The notes below the pieces were generated by a model. The model searched no databases and had not been told where the DNA came from. It saw nothing but the letters and a program-made list of their open reading frames with translations. Positions 56,922 through 63,923 of a stretch of 64,000 nucleotides of DNA are shown here, in pieces. The DNA comes from an uncultured delta proteobacterium (lineage in GTDB: Bacteria > Desulfobacterota > Binatia > Binatales > Binataceae). Every line of letters starts with the position of its first letter. Position 1 is the stretch's first letter. The DNA is taken from positions 1,179,175-1,243,174 of the forward strand of contig CAVRVY010000004.1 of the NCBI GenBank assembly GCA_963724765.1, in the 5' to 3' direction. The translations under genes and the position numbers were made by a program.

Positions 56922-57080
56922 ATGGCCTCTGATCTCGATCAATCGGTCAAGAACAGACCGGCAGGCGGATTGGGACTCCACATCGTGTGCGAGCTCGCGG
57001 ACGAGGCTAGCTATAGCCGGCGCGATGGGCGCAATATCATTCGACTAATCCGGCACGTTTCGTTGCTAAGACGTCCTTAA
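56922..57080 (+). pseudogene. relic of the C-terminal ~45 aa of an RsbW/SpoIIAB-like anti-sigma serine kinase (HATPase_c G2 box onward)
   Basis: Too short for the ORF track. Reads MASDLDQSVKNRPAGGLGLHIVCELADEASYSRRDGRNIIRLIRHVSLLRRP*. GGxGLxxV...D...Y.R..G.N...L is the usual C-terminal end of anti-sigma kinases. N-box and G1 box are absent. Same reading frame as the MBL gene. Confidence 0.55.
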
Positions 57081-57096
57081 ATCCGTTCTTGGATTT
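57079..57096. terminator. hairpin AAATCC-GTTCTT-GGATTT between convergent genes
   Basis: Read directly from the sequence. Overlaps the TAA of the kinase relic and lies 13 nt from the EVE gene stop. Short stem and weak U-run. Confidence 0.3.
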
Positions 57097-57108
57097 TGAA
57101 GTCCGTGC

Positions 57109-57519
57109 TTAAATTTTGGCCTTTGGATACCGTTCGCGCATCCAGGCCACGAACTTTTCCGGCGCGGCCATGGTCGAGAGGCGCCCCTGACGCACCAGCG
57201 CCCAATCGTCGAATTTTCCGGTCTGTTTGATCTCCGCCAGCGTCACCGGGGGCTCCAGGCGCTCGGCGAATTCGAGATCGACCACGGCCGACTTCGGATT
57301 ATTCGGATCGTCGCGCGGCTGCGACCTCACGACGCTCATCCCGACCACGCTGGAGGCGCCGCCGCTATGATAGATGAACACCCGGTCGCCCGGCCGCATG
57401 TCGCGGATGACGCGAACCGCCTGCGGATTTCTCACGCCGTCCCACGCCGTGTGTTTCTCGCGCTCGAGATCGTCGATCGAATAGGTTCCCGGTTCGGTCT
57501 TGGCGAGAAAGTAGTTCAT
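57109..57519 (-). CDS. EVE (PUA-like) domain protein
   Basis: MNYFLAKTEPGTYSIDDL...WDGVRN.QA...MRPGDRVFIYHSG is the canonical EVE/DUF55 N-terminal pattern. Confidence 0.8.
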   Translation of the reverse strand: MNYFLAKTEPGTYSIDDLEREKHTAWDGVRNPQAVRVIRDMRPGDRVFIYHSGGASSVVGMSVVRSQPRDDPNNPKSAVVDLEFAERLEPPVTLAEIKQTGKFDDWALVRQGRLSTMAAPEKFVAWMRERYPKAKI

Positions 57520-57633
57520 GGGCCCATCCTCTTCGGCCGTGCTTCGAGGTAAAGCTATCGATCCAAGGTAAAGGTATCATGGGCAGCGCCAGACTTGGCA
57601 GTGATCTGGGCAGAGCGGCGCGCAACTACTCTC

Positions 57634-58512
57634 ATGCCGGAACTACCTGATGTCACCGTATACGTGGAGGCGCTCCGAACGCGCGTCCTCGGTCACAAGT
57701 TGATCCGTGCCCTGGTGAGATCACCATTTCTGCTACGCACCGCCGACCCTCCGCTGAGCGCGGCGCAGGGCGCGGAGGTCCACGACGTTCGGCGGCTTGG
57801 CAAGCAGATCGCCATCGGCGTCGCGGGCAACTTGTGGCTCGTGCTGCATCTCAAAATCGCCGGGCGGTTGCATTGGGGCACCTCCGCCCCCAAGCTGGGC
57901 AGCCGAAACGTACTGGCCGCGTTCGAGTTCGCCAACGGATGGCTGTGGCTCACGGAAGCGGGAACGCAGCGTCGCGCCTCGCTCCACGTGGTCGAGGGCG
58001 AAGCGGGACTACAATCGCTGAGCGCCGGCGGCATCGAACCGCTCGACGCCAGCCGCGACGCATTCGCGGCCGCGCTGCGCGCGGCCAATCATACGCTCAA
58101 GCGCTCGCTCACCGACCCGCACATTTTCAGCGGCATCGGCAACGCGTACTCCGATGAGATACTGCATCGCGCGCAACTCTCGCCGATCTCCATGTCGCAG
58201 AAGCTGACCGCGCAGGAGATCGACCGGCTATACGAGGCGACCCGCGCGACGCTGCTCGAATGGACCGATCGCCTGCGCGCCGAAGCGGGCGGCGCGTTTC
58301 CAGAGAAGGTAACCGCATTTCGGCCCGGGATGGCGGTGCACGGCCGCTATGGCCAGCCGTGCCCGCGCTGCGGCGGCAAGGTCCAGCGCATCCGCTACGC
58401 CAGCAACGAGACTAATTACTGCGCGCCGTGCCAGACCGGCGGCCGCCTGCTCGCCGATCCGCTTTTTCGCGCTTGCTACACGACGACTGGCCGCGCACGC
58501 TGGAGGAACTAG
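57634..58512 (+). CDS. Fpg/Nei family DNA glycosylase / AP lyase, with apparent frameshift in the last ~20 codons
   Basis: ORF 57595..58512; start taken at MPELPDVTVY (catalytic Pro2/Glu3). H2TH ..SGIGNAYSDEILH.. and zinc finger CPRCGGKVQRIRYASNETNYCAPCQ. See the finding on the alternative-frame tail. Confidence 0.85.
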   Translation: MPELPDVTVYVEALRTRVLGHKLIRALVRSPFLLRTADPPLSAAQGAEVHDVRRLGKQIAIGVAGNLWLVLHLKIAGRLHWGTSAPKLGSRNVLAAFEFANGWLWLTEAGTQRRASLHVVEGEAGLQSLSAGGIEPLDASRDAFAAALRAANHTLKRSLTDPHIFSGIGNAYSDEILHRAQLSPISMSQKLTAQEIDRLYEATRATLLEWTDRLRAEAGGAFPEKVTAFRPGMAVHGRYGQPCPRCGGKVQRIRYASNETNYCAPCQTGGRLLADPLFRACYTTTGRARWRN

Positions 58513-58650
58513 AGGAGCTGAGGAGGCGATAGCATCACCGCGGGGCGCGCGCCTGATTGGCGCGCAGCGCGCGTTCAGCTACTGCCGAACTGCAGAGAAG
58601 GTATCAGCATACACATTATTGCAGTCGAGGCCGATGGCGGCTCGTTATAG

Positions 58651-60450
58651 CTATTTGTCCGAATGCGGAATCAGGCTCTCGACCATTCCTTTGACCGCTT
58701 GTTTAACGATGCCCGCCTCATTCGGATCGCCGCGCAGAATCGTTTCAGTAAAATTTCTGGCCACCTTAAGCGTGATGTGGGGAGGAAGCGTCGGTGTATC
58801 AGGATCCGTAACGGCCTCCAGTACCACCGGCCGATCACTGCCAAGCGCAAGATCCCACGCCTCAGCCAGTTGTTCGGGTTTCTCGACCCGGATACCGCGC
58901 AACCCGATTGAATCCGCGAAAGCAGCATAAGGGAAATCCGGTAGCTCCTGGCCCGCGATGAAGCGGATGTCGCCCATCATGATACGTTGTTCCCAAGTCA
59001 CCTGGTTGAGATCACGGTTATTCAGTACCAGCGTTATCCAGCGGGGATCGGACCATTCCTTCCAATACTTGGCCACGGTGATGCACGCGTTGAGCCCATT
59101 CATCTGCATCGCCCCATCGCCGGTGACGGCTATACAGACACGATCAGGGAAACAAAACTTCGCAGCTACGGCATAGGGAACCGCGGCGCCCATAGATGCG
59201 AGATTTCCGCTGCCGCTAGCCATCATGCCGCGGCGAATCTTGAGATCGCGCGCATACCAGTTCGCCGTCGTGCCGCTGTCGGCCGAGAGGATACAGCGAT
59301 CCGGAAGCTTCGGACTGAGTTCCCAGAAAACGCGTTCGGGATTGAGTAAACTGTTGTTGCCATCGGTATGAGCGCGCCCTTCGACGACCTTCCACCAGTC
59401 CTTCACGCTTTCGATGATGCTGTTCTGCCAGGCGCGATTGCGCTTGCGTTCGATCAGGGGTATCAACACGGCCAGCGTTTGCTTCGCATCGCCTTTCAAG
59501 TTTACGTCCATTGGATAGCGAAGGCTCAGGAGCCGCCCGTCGATATCAATTTGCACAGCCTTCGCCTGCCCGGCTTTAGGATAGAACTCACCGTAGGGGA
59601 AGCTGCTGCCGACCACCAGGAGCGTGTCGCAGCTCTGCATGAGATCCCAGCTAGGCTTGCTTCCGAGCAAACCGATGTGACCGGTGCAGAATGGAATTTC
59701 TTCAGGAATGGCAGCCTTGCCCAGCCAGCTCTTGGCCACACCCGCGCCAAGGAGCTCAGCGATTTCGAGTACCTCGTCTTGCGCGTTCAAGCTACCTGCG
59801 CCAACGAGCATCGCCACCTTTTTTCCTTCGTTCAGGATTTTCGCTGCTGCCGACAGATCAGCCTGGTGCGGAATCATATACGGCGCCGGGCATCCGACGC
59901 CGCTGAGCGCATGGTCATGTTTCTGGGGAGGATCGGGAACCGCAGCCTCTTCCTGGATATCCTTGGGAAAGATGAGACACGTGACCGACTTCTGGTCGAT
60001 CGCGATGCGAAACGCGCGGTCGACGCAATGCCGCACGGCCGCGGGGCTGGAAACCGTGATGCAATATTCACTAGCGACGTCCTTGAACAGCGACGCGAGG
60101 TCCACTTCCTGCTGGTGTTGGCTTCCAAGCGCCGTGGTCGCCGACTGTCCGACGATCGCAACTACTGGCTGGCGATCCATTTTGGCGTCATAGAGACCGT
60201 TCAAAAGATGGATTGCGCCTGGTCCGCTGGTCGCCATGCAAACTCCAACCGTTCCGGTGAATTTCGCATGCGCCGACGCCATGAATGCGGCGAGTTCCTC
60301 GTGACGCGCTTGAATGAAACGCGGCTTGTCGCCGTTCTTACGCTGGCCCGCAAGGATTCCATTGATCCCATCGCCCGGAAGGGCGTAGATGCGATCGACG
60401 CCCCATTCCTGCATGCGCTGCATAACATACTGGCCGACACTGATTGCCAT
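58651..60450 (-). CDS. thiamine-diphosphate-requiring enzyme of the pyruvate oxidase / pyruvate dehydrogenase (quinone) PoxB type
   Basis: 599 aa. GAGGAA before the ATG. ..MATSGPGAIHLLNGLYDA.. and the TPP motif VTGDGAMQMNG...LVLNNRDLNQ. Visibly lower GC than the flanking core genes. Confidence 0.8.
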   Translation of the reverse strand: MAISVGQYVMQRMQEWGVDRIYALPGDGINGILAGQRKNGDKPRFIQARHEELAAFMASAHAKFTGTVGVCMATSGPGAIHLLNGLYDAKMDRQPVVAIVGQSATTALGSQHQQEVDLASLFKDVASEYCITVSSPAAVRHCVDRAFRIAIDQKSVTCLIFPKDIQEEAAVPDPPQKHDHALSGVGCPAPYMIPHQADLSAAAKILNEGKKVAMLVGAGSLNAQDEVLEIAELLGAGVAKSWLGKAAIPEEIPFCTGHIGLLGSKPSWDLMQSCDTLLVVGSSFPYGEFYPKAGQAKAVQIDIDGRLLSLRYPMDVNLKGDAKQTLAVLIPLIERKRNRAWQNSIIESVKDWWKVVEGRAHTDGNNSLLNPERVFWELSPKLPDRCILSADSGTTANWYARDLKIRRGMMASGSGNLASMGAAVPYAVAAKFCFPDRVCIAVTGDGAMQMNGLNACITVAKYWKEWSDPRWITLVLNNRDLNQVTWEQRIMMGDIRFIAGQELPDFPYAAFADSIGLRGIRVEKPEQLAEAWDLALGSDRPVVLEAVTDPDTPTLPPHITLKVARNFTETILRGDPNEAGIVKQAVKGMVESLIPHSDK

Positions 60451-60517
60451 GATATTCCTCAGTTATTTTTGCTGGTTCTTAGTGAACTTTTCGCCTTGAG
60501 TGTGAGATTGACATCTT

Positions 60518-60838
60518 TCAGAACCAGTGCGATTTCGATCGGAAGAGTCCACGTATGCTTCGTTTGCGCTGAGTGTAAATAGGCGCGCCGCGTTCTCGAA
60601 CGAGCCGCACGGTAGTTTTGACATCCTGCGCATTTCTGGGAATCACAACTCCGATAGGTTCCTGGCGGTAATTGGAACCATCTGTCGCATATAGCGCACT
60701 TGTTCCTTTGTCGAACCGTATCTCGCCTTCTATTGATTTTCTAAGCGCATCGGCCAACGATTTAGCGGAATCTGTGGACATTGCGGTACGCGCATCGTCT
60801 CGATCGAGGTGCCGTAAGGCCATAACTTTGCTGCTCAT
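60518..60838 (-). pseudogene. N-terminal fragment (~85 aa) of a FAD-binding oxidase (FAD_binding_4, GlcD/YdiJ-like)
   Basis: ..IEGEIRFDKGTSALYATDGSNYRQEPIGVVIPRNAQDVKTTVRLVRERGAPI.. is the usual start of FAD-linked oxidases. The expected RGGGTS follows in none of the frames, and the ORF ends 20 codons later. Confidence 0.6.
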
Positions 60839-61121
60839 TCAACGCTCTTTTCCTGATGTTACTTTCCCGCTTGCTAAATGGCGGCTGGCTAACCGAGCAG
60901 TTAGATTTGTGCTTTGAAAAAAAAGCATCAGATGAATCTCAAGCACGAAACTTGCCATCTATGGCGGCTTTGTACAGAAGGGGTAGCCTGTCCCGCTTAG
61001 ACCGGGCTCAACGGGGATTTGGAGATATTTACCCGAGCGAGAGAACGCAAAAACTCCGACCTATGCAGGATAGACGCAGTAAAGGGTCGAGGATATTCGG
61101 CAAAAGGAGATCGATTATCAG

Positions 61122-61427
61122 TTGATGAGATGGCATGTCAGGCTGCAAACCAAAAACAGTCGATACGCAGCAGCAGCGGCGCGCCGGCAAGTCGATGTTC
61201 GATTGCTAGCCCCTATCCGCAGCAACGAGCCATTGATCGGGCACGCTACGCGTTCTGACTACTCCGAACCGTTGCGCGCGGGGATCAAGATTTATGAATG
61301 GCTTGGAAAAATACTGCATGCCAAGATGGAAAACTCTGAAGAGATAGAGCTGCGGCGATGGCAGAGACGTTCACTGATGGAGCGAATCGAAGAGTCAATA
61401 GCCGGATGCCTTGAACCGCTACTCTAG
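61122..61427 (+). pseudogene. decayed C-terminal remnant of a cardiolipin synthase / phospholipase D family gene
   Basis: AARRQVDVRLLAPIRSNEPLIGHATRSDYSEPLRAGIKIYEWLGKILHAK then directly ..EEIELRRWQRRSLMERIEESIAGCLEPLL*. Compared with E. coli ClsA (AARRGVKVRIIVP...AGVKIYQFEGGLLHTK[~45 aa incl. GTVNLDMRS]...[22 protein letters not shown]), the core of the second HKD motif is deleted and the whole N-terminal part is missing. Confidence 0.55.
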
Positions 61428-61600
61428 GCGCCGTGCCCCGTAATACAATTTGTATAGGTCTTGCCGCTTACCTGTCCACTTTTTGGTTCTGGCTAGCGCC
61501 GTCCTTGTCCACCCAGCCCGAGAGTTCATCGACATAGAATCGGCAACCGTCAAGCACCATTCGGACACTATAGGCCGGTGACATGAACATTGAGGGAAAC

Positions 61601-61660
61601 TGGTGCCGGGGGCGGGACTCGAACCCGCACGGAACTTTCGCTCCAGGGGATTTTAAGTCC
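61601..61660 (-). tRNA. truncated tRNA-Leu(UAA): 3-prime 60 nt only (anticodon loop to CCA); putative att site
   Basis: Minus strand reads GGACTTAAAATCCCCTGGAGCGAAAGTTCCGTGCGGGTTCGAGTCCCGCCCCCGGCACCA. It has anticodon loop CTTAAAA, a long variable arm, T arm GCGGG/TTCGAGT/CCCGC, acceptor strand CCCCGGC and ACCA. No matching 5-prime acceptor strand or D arm follows (61661+ is unrelated AT-rich sequence). Confidence 0.75.
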
Positions 61661-61762
61661 TATCAATATCGAGACTAGCTACTAACTATTGCAAAAGACT
61701 GCGCTAAAATACGGCTTTTCTGCCCGTCCATATGCTGCTGTTTGTAGCCCGTTGTCACCGTC

Positions 61763-61784
61763 ACCCGCACAAAACCCGCACAAA
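61763..61784. repeat. 2x exact tandem 11-mer ACCCGCACAAA
   Basis: Read directly from the sequence and verified against the codon positions of ORF 61689..62144. Confidence 0.8.
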
Positions 61785-61818
61785 TTCAGATCTCGATCTG
61801 CCCAGCAAGGAAAACTGA

Positions 61819-61845
61819 CTCACCAATCTCACCAAACTCACCATC
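61819..61845. repeat. 3x tandem 9-mer CTCACCAAT / CTCACCAAA / CTCACCATC
   Basis: Read directly from the sequence and verified against the codon positions of ORF 61689..62144. Confidence 0.8.
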
Positions 61846-61964
61846 CAGACGCAGTGGGAAATTCGCTGTCTTCGGCACGAATCCTGCGTATGGCGCTGGA
61901 CACGATGGAACTAGAATCCACTGCACCGCGAAAAGGCTTTGACTTACAAAGGTTATTCGGCGGC

Positions 61965-61983
61965 TGTGCGGGAATTGTGCGGG
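61965..61983. repeat. 2x TGTGCGGG with 11-nt period, inverted relative to the 61763-61784 repeats
   Basis: TGTGCGGG at 61965-61972 and 61976-61983 is the reverse complement of the CCCGCACA core. Confidence 0.8.
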
Positions 61984-62103
61984 CCGCGCGAGGGTGTTGG
62001 AATCAGACGCGAGCTTGCCGGCGCGGCGGCAACAGAAACGCCGCCCGGCTCGGAGGGCGAGCGCAGGCGGCGCGATGGCGGGCGCGGGTGATTGTGGTGA
62101 CTC

Positions 62104-63177
62104 TTATTTCCGCCGTTCAGCGAGGGGAACCACTGTGCGCTTAGTCGGCCGCGAGTCGAGGTAACTATCGCGGCGCTTAACCGCGGCCGCGAGGTCGGCC
62201 TCGCTCACGATGTTGTAGCGGTCGAAGATCGATCGCGTCTTGTGGCCGCTCAGGCTCATCGCTACCCGCTCGAAAACGCCGGCGCGCACCATGTCGCGGA
62301 TCGCGGTTCGTCTCAGGTCGTGCACCAATAGCTTTCCAAGCCCCGCCTTCGTGCACGCGGCCGCCCACGCTCCGCGAAAGTCGAGGATCGGCTTGCCGTT
62401 GTGATGGAACACGAGCGTGCAGTCGGGCCGGCGCGCGGCGTCGGCCCGGGCGACTATATCGGCCAGTTCACCCTCGAGCGGTAGCAGGCGGCTTTCGGCG
62501 TTCTTGGATTTTTCCGGCGCTAGGCGGACCGCGTTGCCAGCCCGGTCAACGTCGCGCCACTCAAGGGACTTCATCTCACCCACGCGCCAGCCCGACAAGT
62601 AGAGAAAGCTCACCGGGTCGCGCAGGCGCTCGGGCAGAGCATCGCGAAGGGCGACGAATTCCGCGTGATCAAGGAATCCCTGTCTGGCGTTATGCTCCTC
62701 GAGCATCTGAATGTGGGGCGCGCGCGACAGCCGCTCCGCGTCCACGGCGATTTTGAAAGCGCGTTTGAGTGCGGCCAGCTCGCGGTTGACAGTGCCGTTG
62801 GCGGCGCCGGCCCCGCGGCGCCCGACGACGTACGCCCCGATCCGATCGGTAGTGATATCCACGGCCCGATCTAGGCCGAAGTACGCACGCAAGTGGATGA
62901 GGCTGCTGGTAAGGCGGCGCATGCTGCGGCGGTCGTTGATCGTGTAGTCGGACACCAGCATTGCGGCGAGGTCTTCGAAGCTGACCTTCTCTTCGGCTTG
63001 TCCGAGGAACTTACCCCCGCGCTTGCCGCTCTCTCGGATGCGGACGTTGAGCAGCCGTCGCGCGACGGTTTCGGACTCGCTCCCGGATGATTCGCGAAAC
63101 TCCTGGCCGCGGTGCCAATAGCGAATCCACCAAATCGTGCCGCGTAGATAGAGACCGCCGGTTCCTCGCTTGCTCAT
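62104..63177 (-). CDS. tyrosine-type site-specific recombinase / phage-type integrase
   Basis: ORF 62104..63417; start taken at MSKRGTGGLYLRG (63177), which overlaps the upstream stop as ATGA. N-terminal SAM-like arm/core-binding region. Catalytic residues in ..LSGWRVGE.. (Arg), ..VHDLRRT.. (His-x-x-Arg), ..SGHKT.. (His), ..FDRYNI.. (Tyr). Confidence 0.85.
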   Translation of the reverse strand: MSKRGTGGLYLRGTIWWIRYWHRGQEFRESSGSESETVARRLLNVRIRESGKRGGKFLGQAEEKVSFEDLAAMLVSDYTINDRRSMRRLTSSLIHLRAYFGLDRAVDITTDRIGAYVVGRRGAGAANGTVNRELAALKRAFKIAVDAERLSRAPHIQMLEEHNARQGFLDHAEFVALRDALPERLRDPVSFLYLSGWRVGEMKSLEWRDVDRAGNAVRLAPEKSKNAESRLLPLEGELADIVARADAARRPDCTLVFHHNGKPILDFRGAWAAACTKAGLGKLLVHDLRRTAIRDMVRAGVFERVAMSLSGHKTRSIFDRYNIVSEADLAAAVKRRDSYLDSRPTKRTVVPLAERRK

Positions 63178-63923
63178 GGTTTCACCGTCCTCTTCGGGCT
63201 TTTGAGTTCCTTCTTTTTCGCGCGGGAGTCGCGCATCCACCGTGCGTGCGCGCATCGGGGCGTACAGAACCCCTGGCGCAAGTCCTCGCGGACGAAGACC
63301 GTACCGCAACCTCCGCATCGGCAGAGGAGTTCGTGCTCGGTCATTACTAAGTCCTGGGCGGCCAGCAGGAATGTGAGCTCGAAGGCTTTTGTGGCCCACG
63401 CGCCACGCTCGCGCCACATCGCGGTGGCTTTCTGCTTGCCCTTATCACGGCCGAGGAGGACCTCTTCGCGGCGAATCGCGCGCGTAAGGCGCGGCGGGAG
63501 GTCGACGATCCATTCCTGGCCGTTCAGGAAGCGGGCGACACCTGACTCTACTTGCTCCGATAGCCGCTTGAGGGCGCGAGCAGGCATTTCGGGCACGCCG
63601 TCGCCTGAATAAATGGTACCGGGCCCATTCTGGTACAGCAGGAAAAGCCAAACCTCGCGGGCGACAGCTTGCGGCGTTTGGTCGTCGTCGAGGGCCGCGG
63701 CGCGCGCGTCCCGGTAATCCCGGCGGCGCGCGAAATCCTCGACGAGCCAGCGAAGCCGGCTCTCTGATGTGGCGCCGAGCTTACGAATAAGGGCGGGCTC
63801 GTACGCGACGCCGCTGTCTCTAGGCTCACCGGTGACGAACACCAGCTTTACAGGTGCATTGATCTCGGACTCGACGGGTCGATCGGTCCTGCGCTTTTTA
63901 GCTCTGTGACTGCGTGCTTTCAT
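63174..63923 (-). CDS. hypothetical protein with C-terminal CGNR-like zinc ribbon, translationally coupled to the integrase
   Basis: 249 aa. C-terminus LLCRCGGCGTVFVREDLRQGFCTPRCAHARWMRDSRAKKK (C-x-C-x2-C...C-x3-C followed by a basic tail). The rest is unrecognised. Confidence 0.55.
   Translation of the reverse strand: MKARSHRAKKRRTDRPVESEINAPVKLVFVTGEPRDSGVAYEPALIRKLGATSESRLRWLVEDFARRRDYRDARAAALDDDQTPQAVAREVWLFLLYQNGPGTIYSGDGVPEMPARALKRLSEQVESGVARFLNGQEWIVDLPPRLTRAIRREEVLLGRDKGKQKATAMWRERGAWATKAFELTFLLAAQDLVMTEHELLCRCGGCGTVFVREDLRQGFCTPRCAHARWMRDSRAKKKELKSPKRTVKP

Noticed and set aside
57079-57104. GGATTTTGAAGTCC resembles the GGATTTTAAGTCC anticodon-region string of the tRNA-Leu fragment, considered as a second att remnant
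   Set aside because: The similarity is confined to ~13 nt with an indel, and no T-arm or acceptor sequence is nearby. It is part of a simple hairpin between convergent genes, so the match is probably coincidence.
59368-60582. 404-aa plus-strand ORF
   Set aside because: It is antisense to the PoxB-like TPP enzyme, which carries canonical TPP-binding motifs.
61763-61983. Short tandem repeats considered as a mini CRISPR array
   Set aside because: The units are 9-11 nt with no spacers of CRISPR size, there are only two or three copies, and no cas genes are present. They fit protein-binding sites instead.
61689-62144. 151-codon TTG-initiated ORF between the tRNA fragment and the integrase
   Set aside because: It reads straight through three families of short DNA repeats, has His/Gln/Thr low complexity derived from them, and overlaps the integrase 3-prime end. 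It is more likely non-coding att-arm DNA.
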